63,471 nucleotides of DNA, filler included, from Licmophora abbreviata (GCA_900291995.1; 16 parts of 16 records of this genome joined end to end with filler, not necessarily neighbours in it); one strand, 5' to 3'; shown: positions 1 to 13,713, numbered from the whole stretch's first letter. Notes: generated by a model from the letters alone, not told the origin. Numbers and translations are program-made.

Positions 1-24
1 CTGTTCTTGTCTTAATAATTGAAG

Positions 25-361
25 GTTCTTTAGCCGCAGCAAGAAAGCCGATCCCGCGACCACTCCCAAGGGCGCTCCAGGCAAGCGTCAATCGACCAAG
101 AAAGCTCCCAAGGCCAAGCCCACCCCTAAGGCCAAGCCCTCTCCTAAGAAGGAAGAGAAGCCGCTCCCACCTCCCAAGGAAGAGGCTCCACCAGCCCCAG
201 TCGAGGAGAAGGTCGCGGAGAAGGTTGAGGAGATTCGCGAGGAAGCCCCCGAGACTCCTGTTGAAGCCGAAGAGCCTGTCGAGCAAGTGATCGAAGAGCG
301 CCAGGCTCCAGAAGAAGAGAAAAAAGAGTCCTTGATGTGTGGCTGCTTTGAGACATCCTGA
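25..361 (+). CDS. Terminal exon of a small Lys/Pro/Glu-rich protein ending in a Cys motif (LMCGCFETS*); 5' exon(s) outside the window; missed by the ORF track
   Basis: AG acceptor at 23-24, then an open frame FFSRSKKADPATTPKGAPGKRQSTKKAPKAKPTPK...EEKKESLMCGCFETS, TGA at 359-361. Confidence 0.7.
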
Positions 362-635
362 GCACCATTTATCCACCGCAGGATCTTCCCCCCAGGGTGG
401 ACCACTTTGGCTTGAGACAAAGACGGATGCGTATGGATCGCTACGTTGGGCATTCAGTTGAGTTGGGTGGCCATGGTCTCTCAATGTGTTGTATGTGAGG
501 AAATCGTTCTGAGACTTTTTTACTAGTAGAAGCGGGAACACGTTAATGTCTAGAGCGACTCAGTCTTGTTTAAACAGCGTGTATGCTTGCTGCCTCCATT
601 CTCACCAGCAAATATTGGGTAGCTGGAAAGGTCTA

Positions 636-3600
636 CTAGAACTCATATCGTCGGGCCGCGCCGGAAATCTGCCGCACGAGCTGTATGTCTTGGTTTGCAC
701 GCAACTTTTCTAAAACCTCTCGAAGCAGTCCCTCCTGGTCTTCTTCGGGCAATGCGAGAGCGAACTCCATTATGGCCGTGCGGCCTTCAGTCTGTTCGTG
801 CCCTCGAAGGCCATACTGGAGAATACGAATGCGCGGTGCCGCAAGCTGGATTACGGACATGGTGCGAGGCAAAACGCCATGGTCATCTTCGGCTTCCACG
901 CGCAGCCAGATAGAGGACTCGTTTAAATGTCGCTTGCGATCCAGTGATAAAATAGTGAACTCTCCAAGAAGCGACTCGATATGACGAGCCACTGATTTCG
1001 CAGAGGGACGATCGGGTGACCGGGGAGACAACATCTCCAAAAGCAGACTATGCACTGTCGGAAAAGAACACGCCGCACCATTCATCCACTCGTCCGGGAA
1101 TTTCAACTCTCGTAACCCTGAAAAGACGATATGCCTTTCCATTCCCTATGCAACGTTCCGACGTGCGTTCGCATTTGTGTTAGTCCAATTCGGCACAGAT
1201 CAAGCAGAAACACCAAACAGACAAGACGTACCGTGTACATGGGATAGCACAACTCAAATAGCATAATGCCGAGCGAATACACATCGGTGCTCGCATCATA
1301 GTCCGACCCACTCATCTGCTCCGGACTAGCGTACGACCGAGTACCCACCCCTGCAGTATTCTCGTCCGCGCCTAGCGACTTTCTACTTCGAGGTTCCAAT
1401 TCAAGTCCGTACTCTTCCTCGTCCATCGCACCTGCTGAAGATTCACGACTAAGTCCAAAATCACCAACCTTGACTACTCCAGCATCGTCCATGAAGCAGT
1501 TGCTTGGTTTCAGGTCTCTATGGATCAAGCCCTGCTCATGAACGTGCTGAACCCCTTGCGCAACCTGATGGAAAAGACCCAAGGCGCAGGGGATATCGAC
1601 ACTACCATCTATAGAATCCGCTGTTCTCCCTTTCCGTGAATCTGGATTGGATAGAAAGTCACCGAGAGTCTTTTGACTACACAGCTGCATCTGTATGTAC
1701 AAAGTGTGTCGTACCTGCGCCGGCTTGACCAACGCGGCTCGTCCTGTCGTTGAAATTTTTGATCACCTGCCTCGATCTTTGTCGTATCGGCATCCTGTTC
1801 GTCCTCCAATGAAACAGACGTATTCGACGCACTGCTGTCACATGACGAAGCGCTATCGCTGCTGCTGCTGGAATTGCCTTCATCACGAATCACAGGCAAC
1901 TGTTGCACAGAGGGTGAGCGCATGGCTCGGTCATCTCCGGCAGTAGCACCACTCTCACTTGCTTCAAAAGTGAATCCACAGTCAGCTTCTTCTGTCAACA
2001 AGGTGCGACCTCCGCGGAGCGACTCATCAAAATCGTTTGGAAAATTGTTCCATCCCAGGGGGTTGTTGCGTCGATGTCGTTCCCCATGTGGGCTGGACGG
2101 TGGTCGTCGGTCCGCAGTAGATGCTCCCGTCAAGAGCTCGCTGGAATAGCAACGACTCAAGAATTTCGAATCGTCCTGAGTACTGTACTCACCGTTCGTC
2201 ATCCTGTCATCGTTCTGCGGATCGTCCTCCTTGTCCTCCTCGAGCTCCAGCCATGCCGTGTAGTATCGAACAATATTGACATGATCGAGCAAGGCCAAGA
2301 TTTTCACTTCGCGTAGCACACGTTGCAATCGTTGCGAAAACTCCTTTGTGACATTCCCAGTAGCAGCGTCGATCTCCGACTGTATATGAATCTTCTTGAT
2401 GGCATACTCGCGACCATCCAACTGGTTGACACAGCGAAAGACCGAACCGAACCCACCTCGTCCCAGAGGAGACAACTCTCGAAATTCCGATTGATACCGA
2501 GAGTACCTCACGAGCGGTATGCCATCAATGTGTCCAATGTCATGAGGCCGAACCGGTTCTGGTGCACTGCTACTCGCAGTGGCTGTCGTCGGCGACGCGG
2601 CCGTGTTGGTTTCCTCCACCGGTCGCTGCAACACAGAAGCTTCGCCACGAGCGAGAAAGGCGCCGTTCAATCCAGGAAGACTGGTGTGTCGTCGTGTCAA
2701 GGTTGTCGTCGACACTGTAGAGGACAATCGCACTGTGGGATCCATAGAACGATGTTGTGGTTTCCATACTTTGGACGTCGGAAGGATCGTACTCCTCGTA
2801 TTCGACGACCGATCCAACCAGTGTCGTTTCTTTCGAATGTACACGAGACGCAAGACCCAAACACCCACTACCATGAGACCCATCAGTCCCGCCACCATGT
2901 TCCAAGATACAAAGACACCATTGTGATTGGTACTTGGCGATGGCAATGGTGGATCTTGACCGGACCCCAACAACAATTGTTGTGGGTGCATTCGTGAAGT
3001 TCCGTCATCCATCACACACACACCACTACTGGCATCCCGGACACAATCATAGTGTGGTGCACTACGACTCGGATAGTACCACCCATGCATATCCTCTGGA
3101 TATAACACAACATCGCTGGGCCGATGCGACCGACCCGCCAGCTGTTGCAGCTCATTCCACAAGAGATCATTCAAGTACTTTTCTTCCTTTTCTCGCTGGT
3201 CGTTTCCAATGCCACTACCACCATCTGTAGTAGACGGAAGCAAGAGTCCTCCTCCATCCGTCGTCTTGTAGTAGTAGTATTGTTGCTGTTCCAATAGCAT
3301 CAATTCATCATCATCATCTACAACTTGAAGTGGCACCCATTCATATCCTCGTACACCATAGACCGATGCTACGACCGCATGCCATTGTCGTTTCCACAGA
3401 AGCCTTCCATCAGAACCAATGGCCGTCAAGGTCTTTCCGTTCTTGCCAAAGGCAATGGAAGGCAATACTAGTTTCGATGATGATTTTGTAGAATACTCTT
3501 CATCATTGTCGTCGTCAGTACTAGTAGTAGTAGTAGTAGTAGTAGTAGTAGCAGGCAAGTAGGAGGAGGAGGAGAATCCATCCACCCTGTTGTGGTTCTT

Positions 3601-4557
3601 GCTGCCGCTACTACCAGAAGTAGACTCATCGTCATGGTCACGAGGAGAATGATCAAAGTCCAAGGCAGTGAATCGTCCCAAGGTGACATTCCATTCTTCC
3701 TTTCCCGTCACTGTAGATATATGACGCACCACAAAGTCTTCTCGTTGCAACAAGAGTGGTGGAACGGAAGAAGAAGAAGTGGATTCTTCGTGCGATTGTT
3801 GTTGATGTGTAGTAGTAGTAGTAGGAGGAGGCTGTTGCGTCCATTCCAAGAGTCGTGTATGTGGATTCCAGGCGTACAAGTGGGTAAGTTTGGTTCCCGT
3901 GACAATTCCACACAAAGTCGTTGTTGTGGATGATTGTGTTGTGGAAGTCTCGTCGTTGTTTTTCGTATTGGTAGTGGTGGTGGTGGTACAGGTTCGTACT
4001 GGATGTCCCAAGACATCAAAGACCGTCATGGGCAAGACTTGCAATTCAGGTTCATCGTCATCTTGTTGTTGTTCACTAGTAGTAGTAGTAGTAGTACTAG
4101 TACTGGTAGTATATTGATACAAGCGTCCATCGAGACCTGGAACGACATGATGCGGTACCGAGGCAGCCACCAAGGGTCGATTCGTTTCAAGGAGACCCTG
4201 GAAGGCTCCTGTGAGTGCATCGACAATGGCAATGGAACCATCGACCGAACAGACGAGAAAGGTAAGAATGGAGGATGGTGATGTAGACGCATCCTCCTTG
4301 TCGTCGTCATCGTCGTCGTTGCAGTGTGAATCATCGGTAGTACAAGTAGTAGTAGTAGTAGTAGTAGGAGGAGGAGTAGTAGGAGGAGGAGAAGAGGATG
4401 CTGTGTGTAGTGATGTGACAACGGCAGTAGGAGACAACAGGGTGCTGTCGTCGCCGTCGTCGTGGTGTTGCGCCACAACGGCAATCCGCGTATAGATACT
4501 ACTACTCAGAAGAAGCATCAGGAGAATGACGACGACATGCATACTCCGAAGCAGCAT
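636..4557 (-). CDS. PERK/PEK-like eIF2-alpha kinase: signal peptide, luminal domain, TM helix, split kinase domain, C-terminal ACT-like region
   Basis: Signal peptide; luminal [16 protein letters not shown] and [10 protein letters not shown] (IRE1/PERK-like); [101 protein letters not shown]. Intron 1146-1231 (YPMYT|GMER). One frameshift near 1755-1760 in an A5 run of the coding strand. Confidence 0.9.
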
Positions 4558-4827
4558 CCTCCCAGAAGATGAGTAAGCTAAGAGTAAACTACTACAGTCT
4601 ACACAATGACAAATCTTCTCTGTTTACACAACAACATCACGACTCTGCTGCCTATGCTCTTGGTGTCTTTAGGATCGACACAAACGGAACATGGTCCGCG
4701 TGTCATCACCGGGTCACTTCGTTGGATCGCCATTACACGATTGAAACGTCATCACGCAACACCCAATCAGTTATGATAACACCTTATCAGATTTAGGAAC
4801 AACAAACAGACACAGCCCGCACGGACC

Positions 4828-6043
4828 ATGAGGACGATGACAACGAATTCACCTCCAGCCGTTCGATGGAAGTCTCGTGGGACCATCGGGATCCTTGTGA
4901 CCGTGACGGTTCTATTCGGTGTCCTTAGTAACTGGCGGAGAGATGCTTTCGCATCGTGCGTGGAGAAGAAGAAGATCATCGCGTCTACCGCTGCTAGTAC
5001 TGCTANNNNNNNNNNNNNNNNNNNNNNNNNNNNNNNNNNNNNNNNNNNNTTAATTAATTAANNNNNNNNNNNNNNNNNNNNNNNNNNNNNNNNNNNNNNN
5101 NNNNNAATATGGTACCGAACATCACTTTGGGATTTACATTGTTTGAGTTGGCACGGAAGGAAATCTCTTTGAAACCTTGGAACAACGAACACAATCGAAC
5201 CATACAAAAAGACTTTTTATTCCGAGCGTTTTTCGAGCTACACAGAGGCGCCTTTCTGTATCATACATTTCTCCCGAGAACCAACCAACTCTATACATGG
5301 ACATTTGGAAGTGTGCGCATGAACAGATAGAAGCCTGGGCCCAAAACACCTCCAATCTCCTGGACGGGGAATTCACTGTGCTTCCACCAGAGGATGTTGC
5401 CTTGTCGCTAGAGACTTTGAAACGAAAAAATCTTCTGGACCGAACGTGCGTTGTCACGGCAATTCGTGATCCCGTGTCCCATTTTTTGTCGGGATACAAT
5501 GAGATTGAGTATCGCAACATTCGCAATCGAGCTCGCCTACGGGACGCACCGGGACTCTTGTTTCCACGATACCAGCCAGGAAGTCAAGAGCGCTTTCTTC
5601 AATTCGTTGCCGATTTCCTGACTGGACCAATGGAAGGATCATGGTCACAAACGTTTCAGGCAGAGCGGATGCCGCATGTGTACAGCATGTCGGCGATTCT
5701 TCATGCACTCGCGCTCCAAGGAACACAGATGACGTCCTACCTGCCGTCACTACACAATCTGCTGGAGGAATGGCCACGGTTTATTCAAAAGACGTGCCCG
5801 GGGCTTCCCGAACGTGTCGCAGAACCGATGCAGCTCATTGAAGCACATGGCTCGGCGGAGGACAGGTATGGATTCTACCGGGCCTCCAAAATGGTGTTTG
5901 CAAATGGCGGGCCAACCGCACGAGCTCTCTGCGCATTGCATGCGATAGACTACGCGTGCTGGGAGGACCTCCCAGACGGTGTGCCCGTGGTATGTCAAGA
6001 CGTCTACTCCACGCCGCAGTTTGTAGAGGCCATCACGACTTAG
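4828..6043 (+). CDS. Type II membrane sulfotransferase-like protein, spanning the 5006-5105 gap, with a probable frameshift near 5280-5295
   Basis: N-terminal TM (GILVTVTVLFGVL) before the gap; after it, YMDIWKCAH (5'PSB-like) and VVTAIRDPVSHFLSGYNE (3'PB-like). Joining across the gap is inferred. Confidence 0.6.
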
Positions 6044-6381
6044 TACTCCTGTGCTCATCATGAGAGACTACCCCAGCGGATATCGAATAGTTAGTCTAGC
6101 ACTCTGTTTGGGGGCCTGGTTCGTCGTCCACTTGCTAGCAGGAATCGGGAATTTCTATGTATCGTATATACTTGGGTGGGTATCGAAATACACACCGCCA
6201 CCCATTTTCAATAGATTGGTTTCTCAACAAGCAACAACAGAAACTACATACAACAAAAGTCCATCACCCATCATCAATGCACAAGAAGTTAAGTTAGCAT
6301 TCCACAAGGACGATGTCTGCTACAGATGATGCTGCTGAAGACCAGCGAAGACAAAGAAATAGATTAAGAAGAAGAAGAAGA

Positions 6382-6562
6382 ATGATGAATCCTCCTTGTT
6401 TCTCCTTTTTCTTGTTTTGGTGTATGGCAAGTACTACTATTGCGTCAGTTTCTTCGTATTGCCCTCTGCTTGTCCGAGACACTACCTTTCGAAGAACTAG
6501 TACTTTAAGAAGAAGCGGTAATAGACTGCCTGGAAGAGTAGTACTCTACAATACTCCAAATC

Positions 6563-6620
<58 letters not shown>

Positions 6621-9016
6621 GCAGCAAAGAAAAAGCCGCTTTTCTCAACAAGCACACCATGATGAAAGCAACAACAAAAGTAAGGCTCCAAGCAACAATG
6701 CACAGTCACAGAAACGCGCACTCTGGAAGTCACACAAGTCCATTGAAGAATTGGAACGTAGCATGACGCAACGATGGGGTGTAGGAGGATTGGATCAGTG
6801 GACGTTTGATCCACAGGAATATGAAATTGATACGGAGGATGGTGCAGATCAAACATACAACAATAACAATAACAACAACAAACGACCCAAGGTGTGGGAT
6901 CCGTGGCAGAAGGATCAAGAAAAATCCAACAAGAAAAAGGAGAAGAATAAGGACAAGGCATCGAAGCGTACATTTGGCACATCCAATAGCAGTAGAAGCA
7001 GCAACGACCATGACGACGAGGATCCCATCGCACGTCGTGTACGTCGCAATCAAGAACGATTCACGACAACTACTTCCCCTAAAACTATCCAAACGAAGCA
7101 ACGCACAGAGTATTACGATGAAGATGACGAGGGATATGAAGCTACGACTCAAACTACTTTTCCCGACGACAGTGACGAAACGATGGAACAAGGCTTGTAT
7201 CGATTGGATCATTTGATCTCGCCTCAGCCTGTGGGAGGACGAGGGTCCAATACTAGGAATTCAAATACGAATAATGACGAGAAAGAGCGGCGGAACAGTC
7301 ACGACGACGACGATGATGATGATTCAAAGGCACCTGCAACCTTTTTTTTCAATCCACCGACGGCTGCGAGTAATACGGATGAAGCACCAAGCGACAAGAC
7401 GAGTACTGCTGCAACTCAGAATAAAAAGCCAAGCAGTGGACGTGCAATATTGGATGCGAATGGGAATCCTCTGTATCTGACGGTGGAACAGGCAGAGCGT
7501 GACTTTGAGTCATCGTTCCTTTCCAGTGAGCCAGACGAGGAGGACGAGGAATCGCGGGACTTTTCTCCTTCGAGGTCGTGGGAGGAGTTGGGGGTCACGT
7601 CGCCGCAGCTTGTGCAGAATCTGCAGAAGACCGGGTGTAGATCCCCGTTGTCGGTGCAGGATAAGGCATGTCCGTCCATCTTGACGGGGAACGATGTCCT
7701 AGTCGGGACTTACACTGGAAGCGGTAAGACTCTTGCCTTTCTAGTTCCACTTGCTCAGCGACTGCTGTTTGTGGGGAATAGTCCATCGACAAGTGACGAG
7801 CTGCAGGTGCTAATCATCGCACCTGGACGTGAATTGGCTAGCCAGATTGTGAGTGTCGCAAGGACTCTGCTGGAAGGAACGGGATTGAGTGTCATGCTTT
7901 CGATTGGTGGGACGACGTTTTCGCGGAATCTAGATCAGATTCGAAAACGAAAGCCATCGATTCTTGTGGGCACACCGGGTCGGATTGCAGAACTCGTTGT
8001 GGGACGGCCCGGCGAAAAGTACGTTTTGTGTGGTGGCTTGTATGTTTGGAATGAAGGAGAGCACCAGAATCGTTTCCTAACCACCAAGAATTCAATTTCC
8101 TCACGTGTAGAAGTGGAAGACTCAAGGTCGGTGGTCTGCAGACAGTCGTAATGGATGAATTCGATGCACTGCTGGAGTATAAGCCGCACCGCGATCCCAC
8201 GCGAGCAATCATGACCACATTGAAGAAGCGTCACGGCGATGCGCTACAATCGGTTCTGTGTTCCGCGACGGCTGCGGATCTCATCGGATCAAAGAAAGTC
8301 GAGGCCATTCTGAGACCAGGATATGCGAAGGCAATGGCGGATGCGGATGATCGCTTCGTAACCGCTTCGAACGACAAGTCTCGGACCACTCGAGTTAGTC
8401 GAACAGTCATTCATGGAGCACTCCATCTGTCTCACCGCCGTCTTGCACTCGAGACGCTGCGGAGAATTCTCCACACGGAGCCTCTACCACAGCAAGTTCT
8501 CATATTCGCCGACAATGCGAGACGAGTCGACATTGTAGTCGAGAAGGTAAGCGGAATCATCGACGAACCAACTTGCTTGACGCCTCAATCTCAATCTCGA
8601 ACGCTCACCTTGTGTGCGACCTGTATTAGCTGGACAAAATGGGGATCATCGCGGCTCCTCTCCACGGCGGATTCGGAAGCGAAAAGATGGATCGAGCAGA
8701 AGTAAGCAAAGCGTTGCGCGAGGGATATGTGGGGATTGTGGTTGCAACGGAGCTCGCCGCTCGGGGCCTCGACGCTCCACTGCTCACCCATGTAATCAAT
8801 CTTGACTTGCCAACGGACGCTTCGCACTATGCCCACCGAGCGGGACGTTGCGGTCGCGGTGGCCGTCCTGGTGTGGTCATCAACGTCACAACAAACCCAA
8901 AGGAACGGAAAGTCCCGACTCGATTTGCTGATAGCCTCGGAATCGATATGCACACAGTCGAAGCTCGGTCCGGGAAGCTCGCTATTGTGGAGCCCGACAC
9001 CGCCATCGACGCATAG
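6382..9016 (+). CDS. DEAD-box RNA helicase (DEFD variant) with long low-complexity N-terminus; probably plastid-targeted
   Basis: Q motif [45 protein letters not shown]. Introns 8019-8110 and 8547-8629 restore the frame. Signal-peptide-like N-terminus [26 protein letters not shown]. Confidence 0.9.
6565..6618 (+). repeat. (AAC)18 microsatellite encoding poly-Asn
   Basis: Perfect trinucleotide run inside the helicase N-terminus. Confidence 0.9.
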
Positions 9017-9077
9017 TACGAGTTGTAAACTACCGTAGAGATTGTCTAATCTTTCTGCGCGCTTGTACCTGATATAT

Positions 9078-11447
9078 CTAATTGTAGTGGCGCTGGTCTG
9101 TGTCGTCAAAGAAGAGATCATCATCGAGGACCTCTTCGCCGTCGCCCGATGCTTCGTGATTCCTCATGATAACTGTGTCGTTCTTGTCTGTCGAATGTTC
9201 GTCGCTGCTGATCCACCCCAGATCGCTGCCGGTGGACTTCACAATCTGTTCAGCCTCGCCTCTGGTGCGAACTTTGACGGTATCACCATCAGCGACTCCA
9301 CCCTCCAAGATCATCCGACTCAAGGGTTGAGTACATCTCTCGCCAACGTACGCTTCAGAGGTCTAGCGCCATACCGAACATCGTATCCGCGCTCCGATAG
9401 GCAGTGCAACGCTGTCGCCGATATATCAAGCTGCATGTTCTGTCCTGCCTCAAGTCTTTTTGCAATATCCTCAACGCCAATTTGGGTGATCCGGTCCATG
9501 TGTGAGCGCTCGAGCCTGTTGAAAATAACAGTTTCATCGATGCGATTCAACAGCTCTGGACTGAGCGTGCCTCGGACGACATCCATGATGGCTTGTCGAA
9601 CCTTGACCGATCGAGCCACAGCAGTGATAAATATCATTAGCACACACTCCCCTCACATATTCTTTTGGGCTTGACGGGACACGCGGCGAACTTACCTCTG
9701 GGGCCGTACTCTTGACATGCTCCGGAAGCTGGGCAAGAACGTGTGCACCTAGGTTGGATGTCATGACAATAATCACATTCCTAAAGTCCACACGCCTTCC
9801 TGACATGTCATGGAGCACGCCCTCGTCAAAGGTTTGGAGGAGAATATTCCATACGTCGGGGTGTGCCTTTCAAAGTGTAAGCAGGACTCGTGAGCATAAG
9901 TCAGTGGATCACCTCAATTGTGGCTCACTCTTCTGATATCGATCATTTTTGTAGATATTATCACACATACCTTTTCAAACTCGTCCAGCAATATCACTTG
10001 GTAGGGACGGCGGCGAACACTCTCTGTCAGGACTCCACCCTCATCGTCTAAAGAAGAGTAAGAGGAAGGATATTGAACATGGTCAAAGCTTGCTGACGGT
10101 CAAAACAGCCATATACTGTGAAAGCAAATATTGAGACTTACATCCAACGTATCCAGGAGGAGCGCCAATGAGGCGCGAGACAGTCTGTCGAGAGTCATCA
10201 AGAAAGGCGTGAGAAGGAGGCACGGTATGTTCTAGCGAGCGTACAAACTTTCATGTCGCACACGGCCTTGTTGTTGTTGGCAGGAGACTCCCGTGTATGA
10301 TACGTACATGCTTCTCGCCATACTCGCTCATATCAATCCTAGTCATGGCATTCTCATCGTCAAAGATGAACTCAGCCAGCGCTTTGCAGAGTTCGGTTTT
10401 TCCAACGCCAGTCGGTCCCAGGAAGAGTAGATTGCCCAGAGTTCGGTCCTGGGCTTGCAAACGAGTGCGCGCCAAACGAACACAGTTGCTGACGGCCGCG
10501 AGCCCTTCCTCCTGACCAACAACTCTCTAGGAATGAAAGGCAACGGCGTCGGAAAAAAAGAGCAATAAGCATACGACTCCTGCGTGATAAGCTGCGACTG
10601 CAAGACACTTGATCTACTATAACGCACCTTTCGAAGTTTCTCTTCCATGTGCAATAGCTTGCTGGACTCGCTCCCCGTAATTCGAGACACCGGAATGCCC
10701 GTGTGACGCGCAACGATGGCAGCTATCGCATCCGACGTGACTGCACCCGACAACATCCTCGCCGCCTCAGACTCATGCGGTTCTACTTCAAGTTCTTCCA
10801 TCTCACGCTCGAGTCGAGGGATAGTTGAATGCAAGAGCTCTCCAGCCTTGTTGTAGTCTCCCCGTTGCCGGGCCGCCTCGAGCTGCGCTCGAGCCTGTTC
10901 CAAGTCTCCTTGAACATTCTTGCGTCTCTCCAATTCATCCTTTTCTGCGAGCCACGCGTCCGTCAGCAGTTTGAGCTCTTTCGTCAGATCCTCTGCCTCT
11001 TGCTGGACATGCTTCTTCCGAGCCACCGCCTTCTTGTCGTCCTCCTCCTCATTTTCCAATGCTGTCAATTCAATCTGCTTCGTCAACAAATCTCGTTCCA
11101 GCTTCCAAATATCCTCCGGCTTACTTTCCTGTTCCAATCGCAATCGACTCGCCGCCTCATCCATCAAATCAATACTCTTATCAGGCTGCTTCCGATCCGC
11201 AATATACCGATCCGAAAGCGTCACTGCCGCAAGGATCGCCTCGTCCTTGATCCGAATCCCGTGGTGCAACTCATAACTTGTCTTGAGTCCCCGGAGTATA
11301 GAAATAGTATCCTGCACGGTGGGTTCGGCAACGTAGACCGACTGGAAGCGTCGTGCCAGGGCAGCGTCCTTTTCAATGATGCGGTACTCCTCCAAGGTGG
11401 TCGCGCCAATCAGTTGCAAATCGCCGCGTGCCAAATGCGGCTTGATC
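9078..11447 (-). CDS. clpB: ClpB/Hsp104-family disaggregase (Hsp78/ClpB-like); 5' part lost in the 11550-11649 gap
   Basis: [43 protein letters not shown], coiled-coil middle domain, [60 protein letters not shown]. Introns 10527-10627, 10185-10307, 10048-10141, 9867-9970, 9602-9695. Frameshift near 9321 (CCT TG AGT, one T missing). Confidence 0.93.
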
Positions 11448-12098
11448 CTGTTTTATACAAGGCATAGGGAGTAATAGCACGCAAGACGTGAGAGTGCATC
11501 TCATCAGCATTCGTTTTTTCCAAACCAGTGCGATAGCATCACACTCACANNNNNNNNNNNNNNNNNNNNNNNNNNNNNNNNNNNNNNNNNNNNTTAATTA
11601 ATTAANNNNNNNNNNNNNNNNNNNNNNNNNNNNNNNNNNNNNNNNNNNNTACGACACTAGTATAGCATTGAAATATATCCGTGGTACTACTGTTGTTGGG
11701 ATGAATGAGAACACGATTCGACTCTGCCATCACACACACACATCATGTTTGGCGCGCAAGACACGAAAAAGTTTCGAACGAAATCTTGAAATCTTGGAGG
11801 ATCTCGTTTTGGATTTGAGACGCGCCCGCTATATATACATAATCATGCATGGAGTATATATTCGAAACAGGCTCTTTGGCGTTGAAGTGTTCCAGAGCGT
11901 CGCTGCCGAGTCCATAAGTGCAATGTGCGTAGGAAATGTCAGTGGAGAATAGAGTGTCACAACGTCACTTTTTCTTCTGACACCCATTCTTCTTTCGGCA
12001 CTCTTTTCTTTCGTGTCAACTCAAGCCCACAGACTAAACACACAGAGAGAGAGAGGAAATGAATTTGTGTGGCGCAGTGTGAGAGAGCAACCAGCAGT

Positions 12099-12782
12099 AT
12101 GCCCAAGGTCTCCAAGCGACGTTGTGTAGGACATGCCGCCGTCGTCGACAGATTTCCTGCTGTACAAGTAGCAGAAGCACAGGCGGACCGCGAGGATACT
12201 GTTCCTCCTGGTACCGTCCTAACAGTGCGCAAGGTTTCCTTCGAAGACGGAACGCAGCAGCAGGACACGAGCACTACTACTTCTAGTGGTAGCTCTTCTC
12301 TTCCTCCGAATCGTGCGGTGATGGACAATGCTGCTCTTCCTCTGCTCCAGCGAAAGCCGACTCCTTCCGTCTCACTCACGGAACTATTCGTAGTATCCGA
12401 AGATTCTCCCAAAAGTACCATGTCCGTATTGCCTCTGACATCATCATCATCACCACCAACTACCGATTCATGCTCTTCACCGGCATGGGGTCAGTTTGTA
12501 GATGTCATTGTGGTTCCAGATGACGACGACGACGCAACGGCACGCCATCCCCATGGCACGTCAACAGGAGTATCATCCAGTGGAGGAGGAGGAGGAATCC
12601 AGAGTACCAGCAGCTACCACCACCATCCTTATAGTCGTCGTCCTCCTCTTCGGATTCGCAAGAGCAAGACTTGTATGAATGGCTTCCTACTGACACGGCC
12701 TAGTACTACTCATGACACGAAGACAACAACAACCACAATCGGCGTCGAGACCGCCATGGGACAATTGCGCATGTCACCATAG
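12099..12782 (+). CDS. Hypothetical Ser/Thr-rich disordered protein with a short SPAWGQFVDV motif
   Basis: 227-codon ORF from ATG 12099; low complexity; no recognisable enzyme domain. Confidence 0.6.
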   Translation: MPKVSKRRCVGHAAVVDRFPAVQVAEAQADREDTVPPGTVLTVRKVSFEDGTQQQDTSTTTSSGSSSLPPNRAVMDNAALPLLQRKPTPSVSLTELFVVSEDSPKSTMSVLPLTSSSSPPTTDSCSSPAWGQFVDVIVVPDDDDDATARHPHGTSTGVSSSGGGGGIQSTSSYHHHPYSRRPPLRIRKSKTCMNGFLLTRPSTTHDTKTTTTTIGVETAMGQLRMSP

Positions 12783-13713
12783 CATCGGTCCACTACATTA
12801 TACTACAATTTTAGGATGCACCGCGCTCATCCTTATCACAAAGAGACCTTTTTCAAGACAAAGAAAACGTCGTCTCTCCAACGAAACACAGTTTCAAGGA
12901 TGCCCTGTAAATAAATTACCTCCAGAACCTGAAACTTTCTCTGCACTAGAAGCAAACAAAGAAACAAATCATAGTACTCATTGCCTATTTCGATTGATTA
13001 CTGTGGTACTGTAGTATATGACTTCTTTGCATAATTGTTCAATGCTCTCTGTAGCTTGTAGCAGATGATTGAGCAAAAGACTCAAGGTCTATCACCGTTA
13101 AGTAGCAGCATCCAACATGAACTCTTGGCTCAACGAAGAACTCTCTAGACTGACTCGCCTCTGGTCGTACCTAAAATTGGACAGCAGTCTACCAAATTTT
13201 GACTTCTCGTCACAAGATGCGCAGGACAAACGACACAGGTTCAGTGAGACTGATGTCTGTACATGTGTATCTGCCCGGTCACATAGGTATGATATCCTCC
13301 TGCACGAGAGAGAATCTTAGAAACAGCCTTGAAAATCGAGTCAAAGCAGTCAACTCGGACAGATCTGCAAGCACTATGTATCATGCCTTCCGGTGAGACG
13401 AACGCTCGGCGCGCGCGCCATTCAACGGAAAGCTGGGCAACTGCGTTTGGAACGCCGCGGCACCNNNNNNNNNNNNNNNNNNNNNNNNNNNNNNNNNNNN
13501 NNNNNNNNTTAATTAATTAANNNNNNNNNNNNNNNNNNNNNNNNNNNNNNNNNNNNNNNNNNNNAGTTCTTCTGATTCTCGTTCGACCCACAGTATAGTA
13601 CTGTAGGTATTACTGAGTGACAGTGGTAGTAGCTTCGAGAACACACTTTCGAAAGTGGGGTTGAAAGTGTGATCGTTTTCGTCTTGAACGAAAGAGGAAC
13701 CACCAGTCTCTCG

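Noticed and set aside
1750..1765. Possible programmed -1 frameshift in the PERK kinase insert
   Set aside because: CAA AAA TTT is not an in-frame X XXY YYZ heptamer, and similar homopolymer indels occur in many unrelated genes
6497..7033. Poly-Cys ORF and other poly-Leu/Val/Tyr ORFs in the track
   Set aside because: Antisense or off-frame readings of coding or intronic trinucleotide microsatellites
9042..11467. Long plus-strand ORFs (9042-9674, 10829-11467)
   Set aside because: Antisense shadows of ClpB with no motifs of their own
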